DNA from: Blepharisma stoltei ATCC 30299
Taxonomy: Eukaryota > Protista > Ciliophora
DNA length: 64,000 bases
Direction: 5' to 3'
Assembly: GCA_965603825.1 (NCBI GenBank)
Contig: CBFDEM010000018.1
Location: 372,001 to 436,000 of the forward strand
The translations under genes were made by a program, and so were the position numbers. Below are positions 36,533 to 49,623 of the stretch, piece after piece; the first letter of the stretch is position 1, and every line of letters begins with the position of its first letter. The notes under the pieces were generated by a model. That model had not been told where the DNA came from. It did not search any database and was given only the letters and a program-made list of their open reading frames with translations.

Positions 36533-38182
36533 ATGGATTCATATATTACATTAATGGTATCACTCACAAACGAAGAGGTCCGAAATAACCCAAGTATTTT
36601 AAGTTTATACGTCCCTAAGGCTGTTTTGTCTCCACCAGTCCTTTCTGATTTGCTCAGCCTCGATTGGCTGTCCCTTTCCTCTGAGATTCCTCATCTCTTG
36701 CATGATCTAATATCATTGACTAATCATATCCTCTCTACCAGCAACCCTACACACATCCGTTCACTACTCTCAACCCTTATCAAGAGCCTAATTGAGTATT
36801 TCCTATTTAGTCCATCATTTGAGAAGCCAAAAGGAGTTTTGAAGCTGAAAAACAAAATTTTTTCATCAGCCAATGAATTAAAATTTTTCATTGTAAGTGT
36901 GCTGAAATCCCATAATTTAAATGAAAAAATCACTGGAGAGGCAGAAGAACTTATTTATGCTCTGTTTCAATACCACCCTTCAAGTAAAGATAAATTTGAA
37001 AATATAAAAAGTATAAGCATTGGAGTTCATAAAGAAGAAAATCGAGAAAACCGATGCTTTGTTATACATACTGAAACCTCAGAGGCCAAAATTTCATATG
37101 TTAAAGCTATTAATGGATTTATCCAGTCCATGGACCAGCAAGCTGAACAATCAATACTTGACAATATACATAAAGTTGCCGATAAAATTATAGAACTCAT
37201 TGTACAGACTATTGAAATGAACCCAGTACTAGTACCTTTTCTTAAGTCAAAAATTAACGATTCATTCCCACACAGGCGAATTGATGCTGCTATCCAAAAA
37301 TTTTTCCTTCGAAATATTCTGATTTTAAGCCAAAAATGCAAAATACTTCAAGATTTTATTCTGCGAAAAGTTATTGAAAAATTAATAGAAATTGAGGTAG
37401 AAGACAGCTATGAGAAATTAGACACTTTATTGCTTGTAGTCTTAGAGCATCTTCAATCCAAGGTTGATGATTCTCTATATAACTCAGTAATAAAAATTTT
37501 TGAGGAGCTTATACTTCCAACGCATCATGTGAAGTATATTCTCCTTATAATCGTCAATATTTGTCAATCTGGAAAAGAAGAATATGCAGAGGTTTTCCTT
37601 AGCATGCTTATTAAAAAGATTTTTGCTAATGAATTCATTGAGTCTTCTACAGCTTGCTTGGTTTCTTTTCTGGTAGAATACTCCGAACAGGTTTTGCCCT
37701 GTGCAAAATACCTTATTTACTACTGCCTCAGAGCTATTAAAAAACGATCAAGCAGTAAAAACTGCTTTATTGTATTAAAATATATGCTTTATTTATTTGC
37801 TTGTAAGCCAGAAGTATTAGATGATGAAAAACTCCTATTAAAATTCAAAAAGCTTTTAAAGCACCAATTAAGGCCATTAAAATACGCTGCGTTATTAGAA
37901 CAAGTGAACTATCAGAAAGTGTTTGAAATAGCTGGAATCAATGAAAAATTGTGCAATGGGAATTTCCATTTGCCGTTCAAGTATGATTTAAGGGAATTAA
38001 GAGGAATTGCAGAATATATGGGAAAGACTCAGACTTCCTGGTTCAGGAAAAAGAGGAGGAGAGGACTGAGCTTTGATGATTCAAATGAGAGATATTTGAA
38101 ACAGAGAGGCTTTTCGATGGATGAGACGAAGCTAAGAGAAATAAGTGACAATGTGAGTAGCTCGACAACGAATGTTCCATAA
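36533..38182 (+). CDS. RRN3: RNA polymerase I initiation factor RRN3 (TIF-IA)
   Basis: FPH.R....Q..F..N.L, ILRKVIEKLIEIEVE, EKLD.LL, IFEELILPTHHVKY match the RRN3 consensus as I recall it. Confidence 0.75.
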   Translation: MDSYITLMVSLTNEEVRNNPSILSLYVPKAVLSPPVLSDLLSLDWLSLSSEIPHLLHDLISLTNHILSTSNPTHIRSLLSTLIKSLIEYFLFSPSFEKPKGVLKLKNKIFSSANELKFFIVSVLKSHNLNEKITGEAEELIYALFQYHPSSKDKFENIKSISIGVHKEENRENRCFVIHTETSEAKISYVKAINGFIQSMDQQAEQSILDNIHKVADKIIELIVQTIEMNPVLVPFLKSKINDSFPHRRIDAAIQKFFLRNILILSQKCKILQDFILRKVIEKLIEIEVEDSYEKLDTLLLVVLEHLQSKVDDSLYNSVIKIFEELILPTHHVKYILLIIVNICQSGKEEYAEVFLSMLIKKIFANEFIESSTACLVSFLVEYSEQVLPCAKYLIYYCLRAIKKRSSSKNCFIVLKYMLYLFACKPEVLDDEKLLLKFKKLLKHQLRPLKYAALLEQVNYQKVFEIAGINEKLCNGNFHLPFKYDLRELRGIAEYMGKTQTSWFRKKRRRGLSFDDSNERYLKQRGFSMDETKLREISDNVSSSTTNVP

Positions 38183-38601
38183 TTTAATGGTAAATTCTTA
38201 TTGAAATTGAGGCTTACCACTGAAACTTATTTTCGTCCGAGAATTTTTAGTTTTTTGGAATTGATTGAAGATTTTTATAACGATTAAAATTAAAGAGGAA
38301 GGCAAATGCATAAAGAGATTAATTATCCAAGCATAATAAAGATTAAATCGTTAGAGGCAGCTTCCATATCTTAGGATGCTATTTTTCTAATTTTATTGCA
38401 AAGATTTATTATTAACGCTTATATCTTATTTTGGAAATTGTAGAAATAATCTCAAAACATCCTATTTATAATAATCTTTATCATTCTTTAACGATACAAT
38501 TGGCTCTAAAAAAGAAACGTAAAAGAGAATAATTTATTTTTAATGACAATATATCTCCAAGCAATAAAATTATGTTAAAGTAGTTAAAATTTAATTTTGC
38601 G

Positions 38602-39204
38602 ATGTTTAAACTTGACATTGCCAGTCGGCGAATAATTTTTATTCCCAAGCAGCCAAATACTCGTGCTTCAATTTCATCAAGTTCAACAGAGCAAAGCAAT
38701 ACGAATCGAAACATTGAATATGAGAGAAATGACGCAGTTGATCAAAAGAAAAGAGACGAAATAGAGAGTAAATTTCAAAAATCTTCACAAAAGGCTTGCT
38801 ATATGTTTCCAAGGTATAAGCCAAAGCCTTTTCAAAAGCTTCCAGTCATCCAGCTCAAATCAAGAAGAACTGAATCCAAAAATTATGAAGAAGTAAAATC
38901 TCTATGTACAATCAAAAACTCCTCTAAAGTAAATTTCTTTGAAAGAAAACCCCTCTCAAAATCTCCAATAAGTCTAGCTCGCAAAGAGCTTGCAAAAAGT
39001 GAACTAAAGACAAAAATCTCCCAAAATAGTAGCTACATAAATATCGCCCCAATCGAAACCTTTCATAAAAACGACCTAAATTACTACAACCTCTACAAAA
39101 AAAATCGCATTAACCGTCAGAATTCTGACCACAAAAGCTTCTCAAAGCTCTCTGAAGTGGACGAGCTAAACACATCTCAAATAACGACTAAATCCAATCT
39201 ATAA
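38602..39204 (+). CDS. hypothetical basic protein
   Basis: 200-codon ATG-TAA ORF; no recognisable domain. Confidence 0.6.
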   Translation: MFKLDIASRRIIFIPKQPNTRASISSSSTEQSNTNRNIEYERNDAVDQKKRDEIESKFQKSSQKACYMFPRYKPKPFQKLPVIQLKSRRTESKNYEEVKSLCTIKNSSKVNFFERKPLSKSPISLARKELAKSELKTKISQNSSYINIAPIETFHKNDLNYYNLYKKNRINRQNSDHKSFSKLSEVDELNTSQITTKSNL

Positions 39205-39216
39205 AAAGTATAATTA

Positions 39217-40296
39217 TTACTTATAATATCCTCTTGCCATCAAATGTCTTCTTCTTATTTCCTTTTTCTTTCTCGAAATATCAGCATAAATCCTATCTCT
39301 GTACTCTCTTATCGTCAGTTTTCTGTTATCATCTATAGAAATTCTTATAGTATTCGGACAAGCAGGCTCATCGTCTGAGTTATGGAATTGAGCCACATAA
39401 GGGTGTCTGAGGGCCTGCTCAACAGTCAGTCTTTTTAGAGGGTTAAATTGAAGAGTCCTTCTTATTAAGTCTAATGCATCATCTGAGGCAGATGGGAAGA
39501 AATCGTGGAAGCTTCGGGTTCTGGTTGGCGGCAGACTTTCCAACATAGTTGCGGCAAGGTTGCTTTGGATTGAGTCAATGTCCTCTTGGGTTGGCCTTCC
39601 TGTTAGTTCTAAAATTCTGTCCAATTGGTTTAATGTGGAGGTTCCTGGGAAAATGGGCTTCCCTGCAAGCATTTCGCCGATTATGCAGCCCATACTTCAC
39701 ATGTCGACTGCTTTTGAGTACTTGGTAGAACCAAGAAGAATTTCTGGGGCTCTATACCACCTGGTGGCGACGTAGTCGGTAAGAACAGGGTTGGAGCCTT
39801 CTTCTTGGGCTGCTACTGAACGGGCAAGACCGAAGTCAGCAACTTTGACGAGACATTCTGAGTTTAGAAGAACGTTGGAAGGCTTGAGATCACGGTGGAG
39901 AAGCTGGCCTGAGTGCATGTATTTCAAAGCTTTCAAAATTTGATAGCATATATATTGTTTGTGAATGTCTTCAAGAATCCCTGCTCGGATGACTGCATGT
40001 AGATCTGTTTCCATGAAGTCAAAAACTAAATAAATATCCCTGTCGTTTTCAGCTCTTATCACATTGAGAAGCCTCACTATATTTTCATGTCCATTGAGTT
40101 CTTGCAAGAACATGATCTCTCTGAAGGTTCTCTGGGCATCAGTTGCATTTTGAAAAGCATCAAAAACTTTTTTTAACGCCACAACCTCACGGGTCTTCTT
40201 ATCAATGGCTTTCCATACGATCCCATAAGCTCCTTTGCCTAATTTTTGAAGAATTTCGTATTTTCTTAGGATATGTGATTCGATTTCCTCACTCAT
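39217..40296 (-). CDS. MAPK15: MAP kinase, ERK7/MAPK15 subfamily, ~359 aa
   Basis: [57 protein letters not shown](TGA 39697)-SMGCI. Confidence 0.95.
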
Positions 40297-40435
40297 TCAA
40301 ATTATTAATTTTCATTTTAATAGTTTTTCGATTAATTCCACAGATCTTTTTTAAGAATTTCTTCATAAAAAAATTTCCATAATAAATTCAATTTCATAGA
40401 AAAGGTCTATCAATAATATTAATTATTCGGCGGCA

Positions 40436-42724
40436 TTAATTAAGTCTCGACTCTCTTCTTTCCAGTTCTTTTTCCTTCTCCGCCAATGCATTTTCTTTCA
40501 CTTTTACCTGCTCAAGTCTTCTTGACAAAATCAGCTGGTCTCTATCCAAATATTTCTGTTTCAGCTCCAGCGACGTTTTTATCTCCTGAATCCTTAGCAT
40601 TTCTTGCTGCACAATTGGTATTAATTCGTCAGCATTTGGAATTTTCATCCATGTATTCTGCAGCCTTGTTTCTCTTTCGTTTAATTCTATTTCTTTTTCT
40701 TTTATTCTTTCTTCTTTTTCTTTTAATTGTTTTTGCAGTACATCAGTTTCTTTTTCGGCCTTTGGGTTAGAATCTCTTTTAAGCTTCATTATATTGGGCA
40801 TTCCTAATGGAGGCTTATTTGCAGGCCTGACTGGGATTTTTTCTGATTCAGGAGTTGGGGGTGTTATAGGCTCAGGGGTGTATGATAGAATTCTATATGC
40901 AGAAAGAGACTCACTAAAAGAAGGCTCAGTGAGAAGAACACTGCCTCTTGGGGATAGACCAGTTATGGGGGTCATGCAGGCAGATCTTGGCCTTGATATA
41001 GATCTGCGGGTTTCACTGTTTTCTCATGATTTTTCTAGCCCAGCCATAATGTTTTTTAGAGAATTTGATCGTGATAAAGAGTTGCTGATTGCTTTTGTGG
41101 ATCGGAGGGTGGCTATTTGAGTTTTTAGTTTATTAATTTTCATTTTTGTGTTTTCTTTTTCTTTCCCAGTCATGTTTTCTACTGATGAATTTAGTTTTTC
41201 TAATTCTGATTTTAGTGTTTCCATTTCATGGTCTATTTGTGGGAGATCTTTTTTTGGGAGAGATATACTTTGGCTTTTAGATAAAATTCTACTGGTATCT
41301 AAATTTCCTTCTGAGTAAGTATGTCCTCTGTTAAGCTGTGATCTAAATACCCTTGGGCTTTCTGATACTTCACATTTCACTTCATCAATCGAAATTTCTA
41401 ATGCATTTCTCTTTTTCTCCCAATCAGATTTTTTGTCTTGTTCTTTATTTTTTCTTTCGTTAAATTCTCTAATTTCATCTTCAAGTTGATCTCTGTCCCA
41501 TTCAAGCTTTTTCTTTTCATCTTCAATGTGCAATTTTTCAAGCTTTATTGTAGCTTTTTTGCTTTCAATAGCATCAAATTCTTCTTTGATGTTTTTATAT
41601 TTTATTTGGATTAAATTTTTGTCGCTTTCAATTTTTTTCTGCATAGTTTCTAATTCTTGCATTTTTAACTTGATAAGATTGGTTTGCTCTTGGAAATACT
41701 CTTGTTTTTTAGTCATTTCATCTAGTTTAGTATGATATCTGGACTTTAGAATCTGGGTTTCATTGATTTGCCATTCAAGCTCAGATTTTAATTTTGCATA
41801 GTCTGCGTTTTTTTGCTTAAAATTTTTTATATCTAGTTCTTTTTTCTTTAAGGAAAAATTAGGGAAAGAGTCAAATGCACTTTTAGATAAATCTATCGAA
41901 AAATCTTCATCTGGTAATATGCTTTTATATGAATCAACTAGGCTTTCTTGGAGAATCTGACCAAACTCAACTATTTCTTTCGGTAAAGCTATTTGCAGTT
42001 TTAAATGCTCTACTTCATTCTCGAGTTGACTGATATACGCTTTGTATTTCCATATATCTGAGCTATTCTTTTCCTTTCCTGAAGTCGAGCTGTTAGCAGA
42101 AGATACTTTCGCCAACCATTCTTTGTCTGGAACAACAAACTCTTTGTGATTAACTGATAGAGTTAAATCAAATTTTCCTAGTATGATGTTTCTCTCATGA
42201 GTGCCATTCATCTCAACTTCATCAATGATACTCTGCAAGTCATTAAATAAGTTGTAAATATCGTATAAGCTGCATTCAATTTTCTTAGAAAATGGGTCTT
42301 CATCACTTTCACGATATTTTGCTTTTACATTTCCAGTTTCCATGTTTCTTCATTCATGGGCTCTATAATCTTCACAAATCATTGCTTCTCTGTCAATAAT
42401 GGTACACAGATTTTCAATTCTGCTATACAGTTCCTCATCCTCTGACTCACTTTTTTCTTCACTGTCGATGTCAAAGTCTTCAAAATTAATTATTTCATTA
42501 TCTTCCTCTATTTTATATTCTTCTGTATGCTTTTCCAATATCTTGTCTGTAGCGATAGGCTGGAAGTCTTTCATAATAGACTGGATAATTAAGTTTAGCC
42601 TATCGATTTGGCAATTAATTGGCTCAGTATCTGTAGAATAGAACTTTGTGGGACTTTGCTCAAGCACCTCTAGCTCAGATGGGTGTTTTGATGAAAGAAA
42701 TGGGTTTCGCTTTTTAACACTCAT
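40436..42724 (-). CDS. coiled-coil protein, ~762 aa (TGA 42350, 41024)
   Basis: Three ORF-track pieces in one frame, separated only by TGA. Confidence 0.78.
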
Positions 42725-43066
42725 TTAAATATCCTTTAAATATAATAATTTAATATTATATTCGTTTTAAATTTAGAGCAGTTTATTATTATCTCTATCT
42801 TTATTGCATGATAGTTGGAGCTCATTTAGGTGAATTAATGGCTTTTAGAATTGCATAATCGAAGTTAAATTCTATTCTTAATACTTTTCATTTCGCTTGA
42901 TAGCAAGAAGATTCGTTTTTCCTAATTCTAAAATCAATTATTTTTGTATAATACATTAATGCTTATATTTAATTTCTAATTTTTATTTGCCATGCACAAT
43001 TTATAATTTAATGTTCAAAACTTTAAGCTTATGTAATATTTGAGATTAAATTATCTAAAGATAGAG

Positions 43067-43070
43067 AAAA
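43067..43070 (-). terminator. Pol III T-run terminator
   Basis: TTTT abuts the 3' strand of P1. Confidence 0.6.
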
Positions 43071-43310
43071 GGGATGTGACCAGAGTAGTCTGAATTAAGT
43101 TAACAATGTCTTTGCGCATTGTACTAAGTGGCATGCCTTATGACCCTTTCAACACAGTTTATGGCTTCAAGAGCCACTGGTTTGTTTCTGTTGATCATTT
43201 CAGCACTCTCGTGCTTTCCCTCTCGGATGATGGGCACCTCAGACCTTCCCAGGTGATTCTTAGCATTTCTGCTTTATGTGCTCACCTAAGCGCAAACTTG
43301 GACACATCCC
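43071..43310 (-). ncRNA. nuclear RNase P RNA (~240 nt)
   Basis: Minus strand: CR-I GGGAAGGUCUGAG (43250-43238); CR-V AAUUCAGACUACUC (43096-43083), forming P4; P1 GGGAUGUG/CACAUCCC; P2 UUUGCGC/GCGCAAA; P3 AGGUGA/UCACCU; AGCAC-GAGA-GUGCU hairpin; AGAAA and UGAAA CR-II/III; TTTT directly after the 3' end. Confidence 0.93.
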
Positions 43311-43330
43311 ACATATTTCTCTCATTTTTC

Positions 43331-43372
43331 TCTAAATATCTCCTCAGAATTGCCAAAACATATTATGGGACA
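43331..43372 (-). promoter_or_regulatory. type-3 Pol III promoter of the RNase P RNA: USE (GTCCCATAATA, ~-51 to -61) and TATA-like TATTTAGA (~-21 to -28)
   Basis: CCCATAA core and spacing match the ciliate snRNA/telomerase-RNA upstream sequence element. Confidence 0.65.
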
Positions 43373-43544
43373 CTATCCTAATTTATATTCCCAATGCTTT
43401 TCGATTATTTTCAAGAACCTTTTCCTATATGCATAGTTCTCACTCCTCCTACACAAAAATTCACTCCATCTAGCAAATTCTTACTTTTGCATTAAAAAAT
43501 CTTAAATTCAAGATTAAACGATTAGTTAAAATACGCTTAATAAT

Positions 43545-46500
43545 ATGGCTGAGAATAAGCTGAAATCTCACCTTGACTGGTTTACCTGGGAAGCATTAAT
43601 ACGGCAAAACATCCCTGATCATATGATCGGCTCAATAAATTCCCACCCCACCAAGCTTGTCCGCACCAAACAAGAGCACGATGAAATAATCAAAGAGTAC
43701 CTACAAACGATAGATTTCCTAAGAAAAGAAAACGACGAGCTCAAAATGGCTAACCAAGCCAAAGACATTCAAATTCAAGACTTAGCTGAAGAATATGAGC
43801 CTATGAAAGAAAATTTGCTGCTTAAAATAGGCATGCTAACTGAAAAATTACAAGAAAAAAATCCTGAAGAATGAGAAGAATGGAGTCAAGAAATTGACTC
43901 AGCAAGAATAAAGTCAAGAGTCCAAGCAGAAACGTTGAGGAAGCTGGAATCAAGTTTGAGGGATTATAGAAAGAGGATCGCAGAGCTTGAAAGTCAGCTT
44001 GAAGGAGCTGAGGTTAATAATAAAGAAATTAATGCCAAAAAAGTCGAAGAAATGCCTGCAATTCTAGATATAGGAGAAAATATTAAACTGCAACAGAGGA
44101 TTGCTGAGCTTGAAAAGCAAGTAGAGGATTTGCAGAGCCATCTGCAGAACGGGCAAAATCAAATTGCTACAATGATAGCAGAGAGTCCAGCGAAAATGGC
44201 GAAGTTGGTAGATATGGCAGAAGCGGTTTTATTAGATTCATATCATAAGCTTCATATTGATGATGAAAAAATAAAAGAAAACCTTCAAGAACTTCTTGAT
44301 AACAGAAAAAGCTTAAGAATACCTGCAGAGCTTCAAAATGTCCTTCTAAACCACCAAATCTATCTCGAAAAGCAGCTGGACGCCATGCAAGAGCTAATAA
44401 ACTCCTCTGACAGCCTGCAAAACCTTATAGAATCCTTTGAAGGCATCGAAAAAAGCCAAATAGAAATTCAACAATTATCCCAATTAAATTTAGACAAATT
44501 AAAAGCATTATTAAACAAGCCAGCACCAGATAAAAAATATCAAAGGAAAAAGACTTATCTCAGCATCAGCCATGCTGAGTCTTCTTCTGCCAGAGAAGGT
44601 CTTGATGTACTAAAAGATTTATTAGGAAACATAAAACGAAACCAAAGGATGATTGGTGACTTAGAAAATGAAAAACAATATCTTTTATCAAATTCCGATA
44701 TAGGCCAGGAACAAGAAAAAGCAGCCCAAAAAGCTGAAGAAGACCTAAGAAATATTGCGCAGCTTATAGGCCAAAATCTTGTAAAGACAGATATGGTAGG
44801 TGACACTTTAATCGACATTCAGCCTGACAACAAGCTTAAACAAGAAATGGACAACTATCAAAATGGCTTTGAAGCCCTTATGAAAAAAATAGATGATGTC
44901 GGAAAAGCTTCAGTGGACGATATCCATGACCTATTAAATTTGCATTCATCTTATGAGTCTGCAAATATAGTCCAGGCTTCTAGACTAGTCGGCCGCAAAG
45001 AAGAAGAAATAATTGAAGACATTATTGCTGTAGACCAATCCTCAAAACAAAGACCAAATATGAATAAAGCTAAAAAAGTCAGGTCAGCAAAGCCTTCTGA
45101 AACTTCTCTTGATAAAATAAATAAGCTTTCTATATCAATTTTACAAGATTCTGGGTCAATTTTGTATGAAACTTCACCTGAAGACCCGATTTTTGAAGAA
45201 GCCAAAACACTTTTAGATAACCCTGATCCAAATGTCAATAATTCAATAGTTGATAAACTTACGATTTCTTATGAGATTATACAGAAAATCCAAAAAGATG
45301 CAAAGTCAAGCGTTGAAAATACAGGGAAATCAGCACTTTTGAAAGGATTAAAGCCATTGATTTCTAATACAGAGCAGGATATTAAATTAGCTGAATTAGT
45401 AAATCAGTTGGAAAATGGAAATCCAGAGCATGTCCATACTTTTGAAAGCGAAATAAAAACAATTGGACAGAATGCAGAGGCAGGGAATGATTTGTCAGGG
45501 GTTATTGAACAAGTTATTGATTTAAGTGAAAGGGTTAATGAATTTAATTTGAAAAAATTGAAGGAGTATTGTGCAATTAAAAATGCAAAACCTGAAGAAA
45601 ATAAAACTGATGATTTATTAGGGCTACTAGCTGATGCTGAAGAACTTTGTAATGACTCAGTGAGAAATGCAATAAAAGAAGCAAATGCAGCAATTGCTAT
45701 AAGTGACGCTGTTTCAAAGAAAGTTTTGGAAGGAATTAAAGCTGAAGCGCAAAATATAGCTAATGAGCCATCACCAACAGCTGCAGAAAAGATTGAAAAT
45801 ATTTGCAAAAATAACAAGTTGCTAGATAAATTAGAAAAATTAAGAAAAAAGGTAAGAGAAGAAGCTCAAAAACAATTTAACGCTCTTAAAAGCGAATTAC
45901 AAGCAAAAGAAGCAGCATTAACTGAAGCAATAAGCATTGCAGAAGCAAAATATAAAGACTATGAGTCATCAATTGCCACTTTGCAAAACATCATGAAGGA
46001 AAGAGAAAATATGGTCAATAAGCTTGCACAAGAAGTCTCAGATAAAGAGCTAGAACTGTCAAAATTAAGAAACCAAATAAATGATATGACTCAAGCAGCT
46101 GAGTCTGCCCAGGAAGAATATAGTAGACTTGACGAAGAAAATTCAGATAATAAAAAGAATATTAGAACTTTAAGAAAACAAATTAAAGATAAAGAAGATG
46201 AAAACCAGTCTTTGCATGACAGAATTGTAGACCTAGAAAAGCAACTAGCCGGCAAAGGAAACGTTGATGAAGGCCTCATAGACCAGCTCCGCAAAGAAAT
46301 AAGAGAACTAAAGCAAACAGTCTCCGACAAAAATCAAGAAATTGAAGAAAAAACTGTAGAATGCACCAAAATCAAGAGAGATTTCGAAATCCATCTCAGC
46401 GACTGCAAAACCCAACTTATCATCATCCAAAAACAAAAAGACGAGATCGGGCAGCTCCAAATCAAGCTCACAGACCTCGAAGTAAAGCACAAAGAAAACG

Positions 46501-48644
46501 AAGAACGATCCCAGCTCAGTGCAGGAAACTCTGTCAATACTGACATCCTTATAAAGCTTATAGAAGACAAAGATGCAGTAATCAACCAACTCCAAAGCCA
46601 AATCAACCCTCTCGTCAAGTACAGAAAAATGTACTCATTAATGATCAATGAAAAAGAACAAGACGAAAAAGAAAAAGAAAAACTAGACATCGATTTCAGT
46701 GAACTTCTAAGGAGAATTAGAATGCTTACACACGAAAATGAGCAGCTTAAATATAAGACCAGAATGATTGAAAAATATCAAAGAGACTATTTGAGCATTG
46801 GACAAGAAAATGCAAGAATCGCGAAAAAATTGGAATATTATAATGAATTTTTGGAAAAGGAAGGAAATGCGAATTTCAAAGAAATGAGCGAAAAGTTGAC
46901 GAATGAGCTGTCTCAGAAGATGGGGATGATTAATGAGCTGAAAGAAAAACTTGATGAGCTTACAAAAGAAGTAAAAGCAACTAAAGAGTCTAGAGAAATT
47001 ACCTTAAAAAGACAAATCATGCTGAGACTTCTACAGTTGGGAAGAATGGGAACTAGTTTAAGATTTTCTCAATGGAAAGCTGTAACTGAAGAGCCTACTC
47101 AAGACCAAAAAGAAGACCCTGCTTTGGTATCTCAAGTCGTTCAAATCCCTGCACCTAAGTTTGAAAGAAACTTAGCAGAGCTGTCAACCTCCCAAATCAA
47201 TGGCGATCTACTTCCTTCTATTGAAAAAATCGTTATAGACGACCGCAAAAAAGAGCTTGAAAAAAATGAACTCCTTAATTTCTACAGACATAATGCAGTA
47301 AAAATCGATAAACTTATGAATGATAGCAATTTGTTTGGGATATTTGAAGATATGGTTGATAATAAATACGAATCAGACACCAAAGATCTCAGCAATGACA
47401 GGCTGCCTAAAGCCATTCCTGAGTATTTTATAGAATATTTAATTAGGTGTTATGGGAATAAAAAGAAAACACTGCCATATTTAAGCCAATTTGTACAATC
47501 ATTGAAAAAGAGATATGATGACGGCGACCTGTATGGTAAATTAGCCTCTAAAATGCTTCAGATATTTGACCCAACTCCTGTATTAGGTGATGAGTCTTAT
47601 ATAATCATAAAAGCATTTAAAGAAACTAAAAGCTGCACTGAAAAAGTAAAAAATCATATAAAATCAAGAAATACATCAGGAGGAGATATATACTTTGCAG
47701 ATGGAATTAATTATGTCCATGATCTATTTAAAGATGACCAAGAGACTGGGAGACTTGTAATTTCTTTATTAAATCCAAATAATTTGGTATCAACAGATTC
47801 AACAGCATTCAAAATAATGCATTATCTGTATAGAGCAAGCAAAACACCTGAAGAGCTCTTCAATGAAATCAAAAGTGGCCCAGAACTAACAGAATCCGAC
47901 TTCCTCAAGCTTGAAAGCTCTGGATTCTCATGGATCCCTGCCAAAGAACTATTAAACTTATTTACCTCCCTCCAGCCTATATCTCAAGAGAAATTTTCAC
48001 AGGTTTTCAGTCCTCAGACTTATGATAGTTTATCAGAACTAGAAAATGAGGCAACCTTAATAGCAAGGCCTCAGTTATTACTAGCAATTCTTGAAGCTTT
48101 AGCAGAAACCCGCATAAATGATATTGCGTGGTGTCTTTCTCTGACTAAAAACCAAAAAGCTATTAAATTGCCAGAATTTAAAGAGCTTATAAATGGATTT
48201 TCCCCAGAATTAACTGAAGGGCAGATCGCTGGGATGTATGATATAGCCGTAATGTGGAGCAGTGACCCAGAAAATGGTGTCACTCCAGATTCCATATATA
48301 AAATATTGAAAAAATATCAATTGGGAAGGCTAAGCAAGCGCACTATTGGAATCCGAATTATTATCAAAGAAAAAGTGATAAGGACAATAGAATTCGAAGA
48401 AATTAAAGAGTCAAGATCAGTGGAAATAGAAGAAACTAAAGACTTATCAGAAGGAGATATTAGCCCTTCAAAATCTCTAGAAGCCACAACTCCTCAAGGA
48501 AGAAGAATTAGGACTGAACTAAAGAAAACAGTCAGAGAAAATGTCATAGAAAAGACTATTGAATCAAGCACAATTGAGCATGAAGAAGAAGAGGTCAAGA
48601 AAACTGTGAAAAGAAGAATTGTGAAAAAGAAAACAGCAAAATAA
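43545..48644 (+). CDS. giant coiled-coil (cytoskeletal-like) protein, ~1699 aa
   Basis: ORFs 43545-43874 and 43935-48644 joined by TGA 43872; long heptad tracts; C-terminal helical, degenerate EF-hand-like region. Confidence 0.82.
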
Positions 48645-49095
48645 AGATTAATTAAAATTCCATCAAAAATAAGTTCATTTAAATTTTATTTAGGAAAAGT
48701 GATAATTTACTGCCTGGATAAGATTTTTTTTATGACAGTCAAAGCCATAAAAATTTTCATAGTTTAATGTCATGGGAAAATTGGCAGTTGAATACCATAA
48801 TATGCGTTTTTTAATCATCATTGATATATAATTAGATATATAAATATATTCTCCAAGGCTAATTTGGCTTTCAAATCAACTTTTTGATATCCTATCCTCA
48901 AAGCGGCTATTTGAAGCTGCTTTATGGTCGTAATGAAATTTTAAGACAGTATTTAATTATTAATTTGTTGAGCCCGTTTTAAGTCGCTAAATCATATCTT
49001 TTTAGGTGAAAATGAACTTTCGTCTAAACAACACCACAAAGCCATTTTGTTCAGAGCTTCGATGAGTTATCCGTTTATAACTATATTTTTGGAAG

Positions 49096-49623
49096 ATGCA
49101 AGATATATACAGGTGGACTATTTTTGCCCAAAGTTTAGGAAATAATTCGCAAATTTTTGAATCAGAACTTCAAGCCGTAGGAGAAACCATTCAAGTATCC
49201 TTTATTCAGTCCCTAGAACACGAAGTTGAGCTTTTAAAAAACAAGGTCTCAGGATTGGAGAATAATACCCTTATTACTGATTTGGACATAGAAGCTCAAA
49301 ATTGTCATCTCCACCTTCTCGCGCAAATCCTTTATAGGAAACGAAAGGCAATTGTGCTTCATGCGGTTTGCCTGTGTATAACACAGATAAAAAGATTACG
49401 ATACGAAGTGGACTTAGGGAAGATTAAAAACGCAAAAAGACTATGTAAAGAGATTTTGGAACAAATTTTGATAGAATATGACCTCCCAAAAAGTTTTCAA
49501 CTTGGGGCCAGTTTTTCGAAATTAAAAAGAACAATAGCCAAAACTCTAGGCTTCTTTAATAAAAGCAGCCCAGCCCATTTAAGAAGTAAAGTACTAGAAG
49601 AAGAGATTGTTACACATGCTTAG
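49096..49623 (+). CDS. hypothetical protein; start uncertain
   Basis: 175-codon ORF ending TAG; no domain recognised. Confidence 0.45.
   Translation: MQDIYRWTIFAQSLGNNSQIFESELQAVGETIQVSFIQSLEHEVELLKNKVSGLENNTLITDLDIEAQNCHLHLLAQILYRKRKAIVLHAVCLCITQIKRLRYEVDLGKIKNAKRLCKEILEQILIEYDLPKSFQLGASFSKLKRTIAKTLGFFNKSSPAHLRSKVLEEEIVTHA

Noticed and set aside
43106-43381. 91-aa plus-strand ORF
   Set aside because: Antisense to the RNase P RNA and its promoter; no protein features.
43370-43492. Minus-strand ATG followed by a 15-nt GT-AG element (gtaagaatttgctag)
   Set aside because: Lacks the A at position 10 seen in all ten accepted introns, and the frame closes after about 35 codons inside the RNase P promoter.
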